Source: Bacteroidia bacterium
GTDB taxonomy: Bacteria; Bacteroidota; Bacteroidia; NS11-12g; UBA9320
Length of the DNA: 64,000 nucleotides
NCBI GenBank assembly: GCA_049115575.1
Contig: JAGDZU010000004.1
Location: 252,294-316,293, forward strand
Reading direction: 5' to 3'
The notes under the pieces were generated by a model. It ran no database searches. It saw only the letters and a list, made by a program, of their open reading frames with translations, and was not told the DNA's origin. Made by a program: the position numbers and the translations under genes. Positions 1 to 9,839 of this stretch are shown piece after piece (position 1 is the stretch's first letter; each line of letters begins with the position of its first letter).

Positions 1-194
1 CCCAATTGATGAAGGACCTGGAATATGGCAAAGATTATCAATATGCACACCAACATGAGGGCAACTTCGCACCTATGGAGTTTATGCCTGAAGATCTAAT
101 TGGACACACTTTGTTTGAACCTGGTTCTAATCCAGCAGAACAAAAAATGAAAGAAAGATTAAAGCAACTCTGGAAAGAGAAATACGAATATTAA
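1..194 (+). CDS. C-terminal fragment of a replication-associated recombination protein A (RarA/MgsA-like AAA ATPase); the 5' end lies outside the window
   Basis: The C-terminal sequence GKDYQYAHQHEGNF...EQ resembles the conserved RarA tail motif (GxGYxYxHD...). The ORF runs in from the window edge. Confidence 0.5.
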   Translation, partial: QLMKDLEYGKDYQYAHQHEGNFAPMEFMPEDLIGHTLFEPGSNPAEQKMKERLKQLWKEKYEY

Positions 195-1454
195 TTACTC
201 TAGATGTTTCAGTTTAACTCGCTCTATTCTTGTTTCAGAAGCAGCGAGTATTTCAATTTCAAAATTGTCTATGACAAAGATGTCTCCTTGATTGGGAATG
301 TCTTCGAGTTTAGCCACTATAAATCCTCCTAAGGTTTCATACTCTCCCTCATTCATTTTTAAATCAAATCGCTCATTTATAGCATCCACTTCCATTTTAG
401 CAGAAAAAACATATCCATCTTCGAGCTCAATAGCTTCATGATCTTCCTCTCTATCATCGTGTTCATCTTCAATCTCACCAAAAATCTCTTCCATGATGTC
501 TTCAATGGTAATAACGCCTGCTGTGCCACCATACTCATCCACCACTAGCGCAATGCTCTTCTGGGTTTTGGAGAATTCATTGAGCATATCATGAGCCGAT
601 CTACTTTCATTGGTAATCAAAATAGGCATTAAGATAGATTCAATTGAAGCTGGTTTCTTCTGAAGATCTATATGGTGAACATATCCTATGACATGATCAA
701 TATTTTCCTCGTACACCAGAATTTTGGAATGCTGTGAACTTATAATCACATCTATCAACTCATCTATATCTGTGAGTATATCTACAGCGACTATATCCGT
801 TCTTGGCACCAAACAATCCCGCACTTTAACATTGCTAAAATCCAAGGCATTCTTTAGAATGTCTGTATCCACATCGCTCTCCTCGTTCCTATCTGAATGT
901 TGAGCGCTTTGAGAAATAAAATGATCTAAATCTATGCGGGTAAACTCTGGAGTCTTCTCTGTAAAATCCTTATTGAACACTCTTCTCAATACCTTTTTAC
1001 TAAGCCACATCACAAAACGTACAAAGGGCCACAGTAGGTAGTAAAAAAACTGAAATGGATATATGAGTATGGAAAGTATCCCGCTGGGATTTAATCTAAA
1101 TAGCGCTTTAGGCAAGAACTCAGCCGTTGTTAAAACAATAACAGTAGAAATGAGTGTCGCAAGTATCAGAGCTACAAAAGATGGTAGGTTGTAAGGATCC
1201 CCCATGAAAAGAGGTCTGAAAATCTCCTCCATGGTGGCACCATAAATAACAAGTGCAATATTATTACCTACTAAAATGGTACTGATAAATTCAGATGGAC
1301 TTTTAAAGTAGTCAGAACATATTCTTGCCCAGTGTTTCCCTTGGTTGCTCTTTAATTCTATGCGCAAACGGTTAGCTGAAAGAAAGGCTATTTCTAAACC
1401 TGAAAAAAAAGCTGAAAACAGCAACATAAGAACCACTAAACTGAAAGGCGTCAT
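195..1454 (-). CDS. CNNM/hemolysin-family membrane protein (DUF21 + CBS pair + CorC_HlyC), GldE-like
   Basis: N-terminal multi-TM DUF21-like region, central CBS-like region, and an acidic CorC/HlyC-type C-terminus (EDEHDD...). This is the typical GldE/CorC architecture. Confidence 0.75.
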   Translation of the reverse strand: MTPFSLVVLMLLFSAFFSGLEIAFLSANRLRIELKSNQGKHWARICSDYFKSPSEFISTILVGNNIALVIYGATMEEIFRPLFMGDPYNLPSFVALILATLISTVIVLTTAEFLPKALFRLNPSGILSILIYPFQFFYYLLWPFVRFVMWLSKKVLRRVFNKDFTEKTPEFTRIDLDHFISQSAQHSDRNEESDVDTDILKNALDFSNVKVRDCLVPRTDIVAVDILTDIDELIDVIISSQHSKILVYEENIDHVIGYVHHIDLQKKPASIESILMPILITNESRSAHDMLNEFSKTQKSIALVVDEYGGTAGVITIEDIMEEIFGEIEDEHDDREEDHEAIELEDGYVFSAKMEVDAINERFDLKMNEGEYETLGGFIVAKLEDIPNQGDIFVIDNFEIEILAASETRIERVKLKHLE

Positions 1455-1547
1455 ATAATTCTACAACAAAGATAGCAAGACTCACACTTTAATTGCACTA
1501 TCACAATGTACACAGCTCGAACAATTTAAATATCTTCGTCAACTTGA

Positions 1548-3092
1548 GTGAAAAGCATGAGTAATAAAGAGAAATTCACAACGGAAATTGAGAATGGTTA
1601 CACCTTTAAAGGTGACTACATATTAATGGGTGGCGCCATGCTCAACGGAGAATCTATTCCTGGTTTGCATATAAAAGCGCCTCTAAAAACATTTAATAGG
1701 CACGGCCTCATTGCAGGCGCAACAGGAACAGGAAAGACTAAAACGCTACAGAACATAGCCGAAAGACTTTCAGAAAAAGGAATTCCAGTGCTTTTGATGG
1801 ATGTTAAAGGAGACCTAAGCGGACTCACCCAAGCATCCACCGGGCATCCAAAAATTGACCAAAGACATGAGCAGATAGGTTCTCCTTGGAAGGGGCAAGC
1901 CTACCCTTGCGAATTGCTTACTATCTCTGAACAAGAAGGAACTCGCATGCGCGCGACCATTTCTGAATTTGGGCCGGTATTGTTGAGCAAAATCCTAGAA
2001 TTAAATGAAACGCAATCTGGAATTGTTTCCATAGTATTCAAGTATTGTGATGATAAGAAACTACCCTTACTAGACATTAAAGACTTTAGGAAAGTACTGC
2101 AATACATAAGCAAAGAGGGGAAAGAAGAAGTTGAAGATGAATATGGCAGAGTAAGCGCCGCATCTGTGGGGGCCATTATGAGATCCTTGATTACCATAGA
2201 AGAACAAGGTGCAGATTTGTTCTTTGGAGAAAAATCCTTTGATGTAGACGATTTATTACGTGTTGATGATGAGGGAATGGGATACATTAACATTCTTAGA
2301 TTGGATGATATTCAAAGCAAACCCCGTTTGTTCTCAACCTTTATGCTTTGCTTGCTAGCGGAGATCTATGCTTCATTCCCAGAACAAGGGGATAGTGACA
2401 GACCTGAATTGGTTATGTTTATAGATGAGGCACATCTGATTTTTGAAGAAGCCTCAAAAGCACTTCTAAATCAAATAGAGACCATAGTAAAGCTAATAAG
2501 ATCTAAAGGAGTTGGGGTATTCTTTGTAACTCAAAACCCCACCGATGTCCCAGATGATGTATTAGCTCAATTGGGTATGAAAGTTCAACACGCCTTGCGT
2601 GCGTTCACCGCAAAAGACAGAAAAGCTATTAAGTTAACATCTGAAAATTATCCTATCACTGAATTCTATAAGACCGATGAATTACTCACCAACTTAGGAA
2701 TTGGAGAAGCCATTATTTCCGTGCTAAATGAAAAAGGTATTCCAACTCCATTGGCTCATACTTTACTCACGGCTCCTTCTTCACGCATGGATATTATCAC
2801 AACTGAAGAGAAAAAGCAAGTGATGAAGGCCTCTGAAATCATGGAGGTTTACAATGAAGAGATTGATAGAAACAGTGCTTATGAAATTCTCAATAAAAAG
2901 CTGGAAAAAGTAGAAAAAGCTGAAGCTGCTAAACCCAAAAAATCTAAAGGGCGTACTTCTACAAGGAAACAAAAAAGCAGGCTTGAAAAAGTGGCTGGTC
3001 ACAGTATCACAAGAACTGTAGTGAGAGAAGTTACAAGAGGGTTGTTAGGTGTTCTTGGAATTTCAGGGAGAAGAAGAAGAAAACTGTTTTAA
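1548..3092 (+). CDS. DUF853/HerA-like P-loop NTPase (YjgR family)
   Basis: Walker A motif GATGTGKT near the N-terminus, a size of about 500 aa, and a Walker B-like FIDEAH segment fit the DUF853/HerA-like family. It has a basic K/R-rich C-terminal tail. Confidence 0.7.
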   Translation: MKSMSNKEKFTTEIENGYTFKGDYILMGGAMLNGESIPGLHIKAPLKTFNRHGLIAGATGTGKTKTLQNIAERLSEKGIPVLLMDVKGDLSGLTQASTGHPKIDQRHEQIGSPWKGQAYPCELLTISEQEGTRMRATISEFGPVLLSKILELNETQSGIVSIVFKYCDDKKLPLLDIKDFRKVLQYISKEGKEEVEDEYGRVSAASVGAIMRSLITIEEQGADLFFGEKSFDVDDLLRVDDEGMGYINILRLDDIQSKPRLFSTFMLCLLAEIYASFPEQGDSDRPELVMFIDEAHLIFEEASKALLNQIETIVKLIRSKGVGVFFVTQNPTDVPDDVLAQLGMKVQHALRAFTAKDRKAIKLTSENYPITEFYKTDELLTNLGIGEAIISVLNEKGIPTPLAHTLLTAPSSRMDIITTEEKKQVMKASEIMEVYNEEIDRNSAYEILNKKLEKVEKAEAAKPKKSKGRTSTRKQKSRLEKVAGHSITRTVVREVTRGLLGVLGISGRRRRKLF

Positions 3093-3533
3093 TCAGATTT
3101 TCCTATACCAGTCTGGATCCATATAGCGTACGGCATGCTCACCAAATGTTAATGTTCGTTCCTCATCTATTTGATAAGTGCTTTGCTCACCGAATATAGC
3201 TGAGAATATGACCGTGGTTTCAGTTCCAGATTCATCAACTTTAATAACTCTAGCGAGGTTTTTGTTTTCCTTATACTCCAAACTATGTACGCATGCTGGG
3301 CAATGAAAATGAATCTTATCTCCTTTGCTAAAACTTAGGTTCTGACTTACATCTGCATTATAATCTCCGAGTGTATCACTCAAGAGTACAATTCCCTTTT
3401 CGCCTGATTCACTGTGAGCAGACAACACTAGACGACCAGCAACATTTAACTGGGCTTGGCAATATGGACAAACAAAGCGATTCATACTCAGCAAGGTATA
3501 AATAATTCTTAAAATCCCCTCAACAAAATACAA
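3093..3533 (-). CDS. Hypothetical zinc-ribbon protein (CPYC ... HCPAC); the true start is probably the internal Met, giving 3093..3485
   Basis: Two CxxC pairs (CPYCQ and CPACVH) are present. I recognise no family. The ORF-track start is likely over-extended. Confidence 0.4.
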   Translation of the reverse strand: MYFVEGILRIIYTLLSMNRFVCPYCQAQLNVAGRLVLSAHSESGEKGIVLLSDTLGDYNADVSQNLSFSKGDKIHFHCPACVHSLEYKENKNLARVIKVDESGTETTVIFSAIFGEQSTYQIDEERTLTFGEHAVRYMDPDWYRKI

Positions 3534-3668
3534 AATATTGATTTACTGCACTTTAGACGAAAAACCTCGTTTTATTGAAATTGACATATGCCGTAATTTT
3601 TCCGTGATTCGTCCAAGAATCTGCTCTGGTGTTTTAAGCTTCACTATATTTCACCAAACAAATTACCT

Positions 3669-4178
3669 ATGGACGCCCCAATTGAACAAACTACCTCTAA
3701 CAAATTGATTAGACCCACCATGCTTACCGTGGTATGCATTTTAAGCTTTATTGGCAGTGGCTATGGCCTATTTGACAAGCTCACAGATTACCTTGCTGCT
3801 CCAATTGTTGAAACAACTCAAGATAGCTTAGAAGAAGCTAGGGAGGAGCTGGAAGACAGTGATGCTCCTGAAGGCCTAGTAAATTTCATGGAGTCCATGT
3901 TGGGAGGCATACAAAAAAACATGACAACTGAGAACATACGAAAACAAGCTTTATGGGGTGGATTGTCTTGTATCTTTACCCTAACAGGTGCCATTTTCAT
4001 GTTCATGTTAAGACGCAAAGGTTATTACATCTACCTAGCTGGGATCATTATCTATATAGCTACACCTCTAATTGCCTTTAGTGGTGCTTTTGCTATAATG
4101 GGCTTATCTGTTAGCTTGGTCATAGGTGCTATCTTCCTTACACTCTACGGCGTAAACTTAAAGCACATGCAAGCCTGA
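3669..4178 (+). CDS. Hypothetical integral membrane protein
   Basis: It has an N-terminal TM helix, an acidic middle section, and several C-terminal TM helices. No family is recognised. Confidence 0.45.
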   Translation: MDAPIEQTTSNKLIRPTMLTVVCILSFIGSGYGLFDKLTDYLAAPIVETTQDSLEEAREELEDSDAPEGLVNFMESMLGGIQKNMTTENIRKQALWGGLSCIFTLTGAIFMFMLRRKGYYIYLAGIIIYIATPLIAFSGAFAIMGLSVSLVIGAIFLTLYGVNLKHMQA

Positions 4179-4283
4179 TAGCCTTAAGTACCTTTGTTAA
4201 TTTCAACAATAATGAATGACAAAAGCGGGTCAGTAGATTGACCTTACCCTTTTAGATTTTGGAATTTCTAAACCTTGGCGGTT

Positions 4284-4610
4284 CTATACAGCAAAGCTTT
4301 CTCCGCATCCGCAAGTTCTACTTGCGTTGGGGTTATTAAACTGAAAGCCTTTTCCATTCAGACCATCGGTAAAATCTAACTCCGTTCCACACAGGTAAAG
4401 AAAACTCTTCATGTCACAAACAACTTTTTGTCCGTTGTGCTCAAAAACTTGATCTCCTTCTTGCGGCTCATTGTCAAAATCCAATTTATAACTCAGACCT
4501 GAACATCCACCACCTACAACAGAAACACGGATAAAGTAATCCTCACCAAATCCCTCTTCACTCATCAAGTTATTGACTCTCTTACTTGCGTTATCTGATA
4601 CAGTAATCAT
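4284..4610 (-). CDS. iscA: A-type Fe-S cluster carrier/assembly protein (IscA/SufA/ErpA, HesB family)
   Basis: The three conserved cysteines sit in the GCSG...CGCGESF context typical of HesB/IscA. It lies immediately downstream of iscU. Confidence 0.75.
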   Translation of the reverse strand: MITVSDNASKRVNNLMSEEGFGEDYFIRVSVVGGGCSGLSYKLDFDNEPQEGDQVFEHNGQKVVCDMKSFLYLCGTELDFTDGLNGKGFQFNNPNASRTCGCGESFAV

Positions 4611-4611
4611 A

Positions 4612-5028
4612 TTAATAGTGTTTTTTATTATCCTCTATAACCTCAAGGCCATTTTTGACACGATAATCGTTAATGGCAGTTTTAATAGCATCTTCTGCTA
4701 GTACAGAACAGTGAATCTTTACAGGCGGTAACGAAAGCTCTTCCACTATGTCCATATTGTCAATTTCCATAGCTTGATCAACAGTTTTACCTTTAAGCCA
4801 TTCTGTAGCTAAGGATGAGGAAGCAATAGCAGATCCGCAACCAAATGTTTTGAATTTAGCATCTTCTATAACACCCGTAGCATCATTTACCTGGATCTGC
4901 AATCTCATCACATCTCCACACTCTGGCGCTCCAACCAATCCTGTTCCCACATTTTCCGAGCCTTTGTCTAGCGTGCCAATGTTTCTTGGATTGCTATAGT
5001 GATCTAATAATTTTTCTGAATATGCCAT
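4612..5028 (-). CDS. iscU: Fe-S cluster assembly scaffold protein IscU (NifU N-terminal type)
   Basis: The conserved GAPECGD, FGCGSAIASS and KIHCS motifs of IscU are present. Confidence 0.85.
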   Translation of the reverse strand: MAYSEKLLDHYSNPRNIGTLDKGSENVGTGLVGAPECGDVMRLQIQVNDATGVIEDAKFKTFGCGSAIASSSLATEWLKGKTVDQAMEIDNMDIVEELSLPPVKIHCSVLAEDAIKTAINDYRVKNGLEVIEDNKKHY

Positions 5029-5062
5029 CTAGTTCTTTTTTGAATCTTTATTTAACAATTAT

Positions 5063-6277
5063 TTAATGCTCTTGCCACTCTACTGATTTCAAATCAATAC
5101 CGTCCTTAAACATTTCCCAAAGTGGGCTCATCTCTCTTAATTTTTCTACTGCTTCTTTAACATGACCTATAGTATAATCCACTTCCTCATCAGTTGTAAA
5201 TCTACCCAAGCCAAATCTTAATGAAGAATGGGCTAGTTCATCATCTAAGCCCAAAGCTTTTAATACATAGCTAGGTTCTAAACTGGCTGAAGTACAAGCT
5301 GAGCCAGAAGAAACCGCAATATCTTTCACGCCCATCATTAGACCTTCTCCTTCAACAAATTTGAAAGAAATATTAGTCACATTTGGGAGTCTCATTTCTC
5401 TACTACCATTTACATAGCTTTCTTCAATTTCCAAAAGACCTTTTTCCAAACGATCTCTTAAAGCAGAAATTCTTCTGGATTCTTCTTCCATATCCGTAAG
5501 ACAGATTTCACATGCCTTGCCAAATCCTACTATGCCCGGAACATTTAATGTTCCGCTTCTCATTCCTCGTTCATGACCACCCCCATCAATCTGGCTCGTG
5601 ACCTTAACTCTAGGATTCTTTCTTCTAACATATAAAGCTCCTATTCCTTTAGGGCCATACATTTTATGTCCAGTGAAAGACAGCAAATCAATTCCATCCG
5701 CTATAACATCAACTGGAACTTTACCAACCGCTTGAGTTGCATCAGTATGAAATAGAACTCCTCTGCTTTTAGCAATTTCTGAAATACGTTTTATATCTTG
5801 AACTACTCCAACTTCATTATTTGCATACATCACAGATATTAAAATAGTTTTATCTGTGATCGCTTCTTCCAATTCTTTCAGGTCTATTAATCCATTCTCT
5901 GCCGGATTTAGATAAGTAACTTCTGCACCAAGGCGTTCTACATGCTTACACGCATCCAGTATTGCTTTATGTTCAGTGGTTACCGTTATGATGTGATTCC
6001 CTTTGGAAGCATACATCTCATAGACACCTTTTATGGCCAAATTATCTGCCTCGGTAGCACCAGAAGTAAAAATAATCTCCTTAGGTGTAGCATTTATTAA
6101 TTGTGCAACTTGCTCTCTAGACTGGTCTACCGCTTTTTCAGCTTCCCACCCAAAACTGTGATTTCTACTGGCTGCATTACCAAAAGTTTTGGTAAAATAA
6201 GGAAGCATAGCTTCCAGTACTCGCGGGTCCATTGGGGTGGTTGCGTTACTGTCCAGATATATTGGCAAGTCTAACAT
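5063..6277 (-). CDS. iscS: Cysteine desulfurase IscS (class V aminotransferase)
   Basis: It has the PLP-lysine context [11 protein letters not shown] and the SSGSACTS active-site cysteine loop. It is the first gene of the iscSUA operon. Confidence 0.85.
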   Translation of the reverse strand: MLDLPIYLDSNATTPMDPRVLEAMLPYFTKTFGNAASRNHSFGWEAEKAVDQSREQVAQLINATPKEIIFTSGATEADNLAIKGVYEMYASKGNHIITVTTEHKAILDACKHVERLGAEVTYLNPAENGLIDLKELEEAITDKTILISVMYANNEVGVVQDIKRISEIAKSRGVLFHTDATQAVGKVPVDVIADGIDLLSFTGHKMYGPKGIGALYVRRKNPRVKVTSQIDGGGHERGMRSGTLNVPGIVGFGKACEICLTDMEEESRRISALRDRLEKGLLEIEESYVNGSREMRLPNVTNISFKFVEGEGLMMGVKDIAVSSGSACTSASLEPSYVLKALGLDDELAHSSLRFGLGRFTTDEEVDYTIGHVKEAVEKLREMSPLWEMFKDGIDLKSVEWQEH

Positions 6278-6452
6278 TGTTTTTATTTAGATTAATTCTA
6301 AGCTACAAATATAACTCACGGACTAAAAAAATGTTTTCTAATGCCTATTGATTTTTCCTATTGAGCACCTGCACTTGACTATAGGAGGCCTAACTTTCCT
6401 CAAAATCCCATAATATTCCGTAATTTGGCACTATCCAAAAACTATTTTTCTA

Positions 6453-6854
6453 TTGAAGAAAATTGAACATATAGGCATTGCTGTCAAAGACATAGCAAGC
6501 TCTAATCAACTTTTTGCCAAGCTTTTAGGTACAGCGCATTATAAAATGGAAGAAGTGGAAAGCGAAGGTGTAATTACCTCGTTTTTTCAAATTGGAGAAG
6601 TCAAAATTGAACTCCTCCAAGCCACAACGGAAAACAGCGCTATACACCAACATATTGAAAAAAGAGGTGAGGGAATTCATCACATTGCTTTTGCCGTTGA
6701 AAATGTAAATGAAGAATTGAAAAGATTGAAAAATGAAGGATTTCATGCCATACATGAAGAAGCTAAGGAAGGTGCAGATGGTAAACTAATAGCATTTCTA
6801 CACCCCAAAAGCACCAATAAAGTACTCACCGAAATATGTGCGGACAATGAATAA
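6453..6854 (+). CDS. Methylmalonyl-CoA epimerase (VOC/glyoxalase family)
   Basis: The N-terminus IEHIGIAV and the HHIAF motif mark a VOC fold. It is about 130 aa and the track gives a TTG start. Confidence 0.6.
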   Translation: MKKIEHIGIAVKDIASSNQLFAKLLGTAHYKMEEVESEGVITSFFQIGEVKIELLQATTENSAIHQHIEKRGEGIHHIAFAVENVNEELKRLKNEGFHAIHEEAKEGADGKLIAFLHPKSTNKVLTEICADNE

Positions 6855-7935
6855 AAACTTAAGAATTTTACTAGGAGTAATCGGTTTTCTTTTAATGGTC
6901 TATGTTCTATGGAACGTAAGAACCATCATATATTACTTCTTTACTGCAGCAATAATTGCCTTTATAGGAAGACCATTAGTTGGACTATTGGGTAGAATTA
7001 AGATTAAAGGGAAAACGCTGCCTAACTGGTTGAAATCCTTAGCTGTATTAGTCACTTTTGGCCTTCTTCTTTTTGGATTCTTTCAAATGATTATACCAAC
7101 AGTCATTTCTCAAGCAAATATTATTTCCACTATCGAACCCGAGCAAATGGTGGAGAGATTTCAACCACAAATTAAGACTGTTACCGGTTGGCTAGACAAA
7201 TTCGACATCACTCAGGAAGAGATGGAAACATTACTTATAGAGCAGTTTGGAAGAATATTCGAAGTAGGAGAGATCAGTGTTTATTTAAGTAACATTATTA
7301 GTGGATTAACAGACACCTTAATTGCAGTGTTTTCAATCCTATTTATCTCGTTCTTCTTGCTAAAAGATGGCACCATAGTAGACAATGTTGTTTCCAGTCT
7401 CACTCCAGATAACTATATGGAAAGCATTAATAAGATCTTTCATAAAACTAAGAATCTACTTTCCAGATATTTCATCGGAATCGTTCTTCAGATACTGATC
7501 ATAATGACCATAATAACGGTTGGTCTAACCATTATAGGGGTTAAGAATGCAATCATAATAGGATTGCTAGCAGGAATATTCAATATTATACCATACTTAG
7601 GACCTTTGCTGGGCGGGCTATTGGGAATTAGTCTTGCTTTAACCACCCAAATTCAAATATATCCGGATTTAGACATAACCACCTTTGGAATTCAGGCCTT
7701 AATTGTATTCTGGGTGGCGCAGCTGGTAGATAATTTTGTGCTTCAACCGCTCATATTTTCAAAAAGCGTAAATGCGCATCCTTTAGAAATATTTTTAGTG
7801 ATACTCTCTGCAGGAAGTTTAGGTGGTGTGGCCGGTATGATCCTTGCTGTTCCGCTATATACATTTTTACGTATAGTAGCCAAAGAGTTCTTTAATGGAT
7901 ACAAGGTTGTTCAGGGCCTTACTAAAAATTTGTGA
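6838..7935 (+). CDS. AI-2E family transporter (PerM/UPF0118)
   Basis: It has 8 predicted TM segments with the family-typical organisation and the GLLGGLLGISLAL motif. It overlaps both the upstream epimerase and the downstream cyclase. Confidence 0.8.
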   Translation: MRTMNKNLRILLGVIGFLLMVYVLWNVRTIIYYFFTAAIIAFIGRPLVGLLGRIKIKGKTLPNWLKSLAVLVTFGLLLFGFFQMIIPTVISQANIISTIEPEQMVERFQPQIKTVTGWLDKFDITQEEMETLLIEQFGRIFEVGEISVYLSNIISGLTDTLIAVFSILFISFFLLKDGTIVDNVVSSLTPDNYMESINKIFHKTKNLLSRYFIGIVLQILIIMTIITVGLTIIGVKNAIIIGLLAGIFNIIPYLGPLLGGLLGISLALTTQIQIYPDLDITTFGIQALIVFWVAQLVDNFVLQPLIFSKSVNAHPLEIFLVILSAGSLGGVAGMILAVPLYTFLRIVAKEFFNGYKVVQGLTKNL

Positions 7936-9839
7936 CAACCAATCCAACATTCATAACATCGAGGAAGCTGATTCTTTGTTTTACAGCATTACTTACGCTA
8001 TTTGTATTTGATGCTTTTGGTCAGGAAATCAATCTTAAAAAAGAGTATCAATCATGGACCAGTTTAGATCAGGCAGACAGCAATCGTTTAAAAAGTTTTA
8101 AGGAGCTCAGAGACCATAAACATTCTTTTGGGCAAGACGATAGCGCTCTATATTTTGAATTTTTAAGTCGAGAATCTTTTGCCTTAGGTGAGGAACTGGA
8201 TGCTTTAAATTATAGTGCATTAGCTCTGGAGTTTAGCCAGCTTGCAATCAGCCTTTTAGAGGGTAATGCCACTGGCATTTTTGAAAGCGGCGAAAATGAA
8301 TCAAAAGTGATTGAGAGTGCTTCTTCAACAGAAGTGACTGCTCCTCTTCTTATAATCAACCGCAAATTGGAGTATGCCAAATTGCTAGAGTATCAAGCTG
8401 AGCTTTTTAGTCATTTGAATCAATATTCGGATGCCGTATACAATTACAAAGAAGCTATAGAAGTGAGATATTCTTTAGAAGACACATTGGGAGTTGCACG
8501 TGCTCATCTCAAAATTGGGATAGCCCAAATGAATGACGAGAATCTCGAAGATGGTGAAAAGCATTTAGACTCTAGCCTAAGGCTCACTCATCTCATTAGT
8601 GAACTCAAACTTGAAGCCGATATTTACGCACAATATGCCATCTTAAGCCAGACCAATAGAAAACTTGTAGAATCAGGTAAGTATCTCGATGATGAGATTG
8701 AAATTAGAAGAGCCATAAATGATAGTTCTGGTTTGGCACTAGCTTTAGTGAACAAAGCCTGGGGGCAATACTATATGAATGAATTCAGTTTGGCAGATCA
8801 AAGTGCGTCTGAAGGAATGAATATAGCTAAGCTGTTTTCATTGATAGATATACATAAGAACGCTCTTAATTGCTTATTTAAGGCAAATCAAAGTCGTGGT
8901 AAGTTCACTAAATCCATTGAATATGCAGAAGAACTATTGGCATTAACAGACAGCGCCAACCTCAATGAGTTTAATACCCAACTAACTAGATTAAAGTTTA
9001 CAACTCAATTGCTGAAAGATAGCATTAATAATGTAACAAATGAGAGTCTCAGACAAAGTGAAAAAAGAGAAGCAAACAAAAAACTCACTATAGTTTTAGC
9101 AATTTCTGTATTTGTGCTTTTAATCTCAATAGCTCTTCTCAGCCGATTGAGTTATGTGAACAAAACAAAGAAGATAATTCAAAAAGAGCGAGATCGTTCA
9201 GAAGACCTATTGTTGAACATATTGCCGTCTGAAATTGCAGAAGAACTCAAAAATAAAGGCGAAGCTGAAGCAAGAGATCACAGTCCAGTAGCTGTTATTT
9301 TCACAGATTTTAAAGGCTTTACCAGCCTTTCTGAAAAATTGTCGGCCAAAGATCTAGTTGCAGAAATAAATCACTGCTTTAAGGCATTTGATATTATTAT
9401 GGCCAAATACAATATTGAAAAAATCAAAACTATTGGAGATGCTTATATGGCCGTGAGTGGTATTCCAACATCCTTTGAAGATTCTACCAAGTCAGCAGCT
9501 TTAGCAGCTTTGGAAATGCAAGAATTCATTTCGCAGCGTAAAAAGGAAAAAGATGCTATAGGTGAATTGGGTTTTGAAATGAGAGCAGGCATTCACACAG
9601 GACATGTGGTTGCAGGTATTGTTGGGGTAAGAAAATTCCAATACGATGTTTGGGGAGATACAGTTAATACAGCCTCTAGAATGGAAACAAATTGCGAAGC
9701 TGGCAGGGTGAATATTTCCCAAAGCTCCTACGAACAAATCAAAAATGATCCCGAGTTTAAATTTGAATCAAGAGGGAAAATAGAGGCTAAAGGGAAAGGA
9801 GAAATAGCCATGTATTTTGTGGACTACAGTTCTAATTAA
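7932..9839 (+). CDS. Class III adenylate/guanylate cyclase with N-terminal signal, TPR-like repeats and a TM segment
   Basis: The C-terminal CYTH-independent class III cyclase domain shows FTDFKGFT...GDAYMAVSG...GIHTGHVVAGIVG...WGDTVNTASRME. TPR-like helical repeats are followed by a single TM helix (KKLTIVLAISVFVLLISIALL). Confidence 0.8.
   Translation: MTTNPTFITSRKLILCFTALLTLFVFDAFGQEINLKKEYQSWTSLDQADSNRLKSFKELRDHKHSFGQDDSALYFEFLSRESFALGEELDALNYSALALEFSQLAISLLEGNATGIFESGENESKVIESASSTEVTAPLLIINRKLEYAKLLEYQAELFSHLNQYSDAVYNYKEAIEVRYSLEDTLGVARAHLKIGIAQMNDENLEDGEKHLDSSLRLTHLISELKLEADIYAQYAILSQTNRKLVESGKYLDDEIEIRRAINDSSGLALALVNKAWGQYYMNEFSLADQSASEGMNIAKLFSLIDIHKNALNCLFKANQSRGKFTKSIEYAEELLALTDSANLNEFNTQLTRLKFTTQLLKDSINNVTNESLRQSEKREANKKLTIVLAISVFVLLISIALLSRLSYVNKTKKIIQKERDRSEDLLLNILPSEIAEELKNKGEAEARDHSPVAVIFTDFKGFTSLSEKLSAKDLVAEINHCFKAFDIIMAKYNIEKIKTIGDAYMAVSGIPTSFEDSTKSAALAALEMQEFISQRKKEKDAIGELGFEMRAGIHTGHVVAGIVGVRKFQYDVWGDTVNTASRMETNCEAGRVNISQSSYEQIKNDPEFKFESRGKIEAKGKGEIAMYFVDYSSN

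Noticed and set aside
1616-2293. Antisense ORFs (74 and 130 aa) inside the DUF853 ATPase gene
   Set aside because: They lie entirely within a well-supported gene on the opposite strand and have low-complexity Ser/Pro-rich composition. They are typical shadow ORFs.
4227-4244. Short hairpin GGTCA-N6-TGACC between the membrane protein gene and iscA
   Set aside because: It has only a 5-bp stem with no flanking U-run, so it is too weak to call a terminator.
6421-6445. TGGCAC hexamer upstream of the epimerase gene as a possible sigma-54 -24 element
   Set aside because: No TTGC(A/T) -12 element follows at the required 5-nt spacing. The downstream sequence is AAAAAC.
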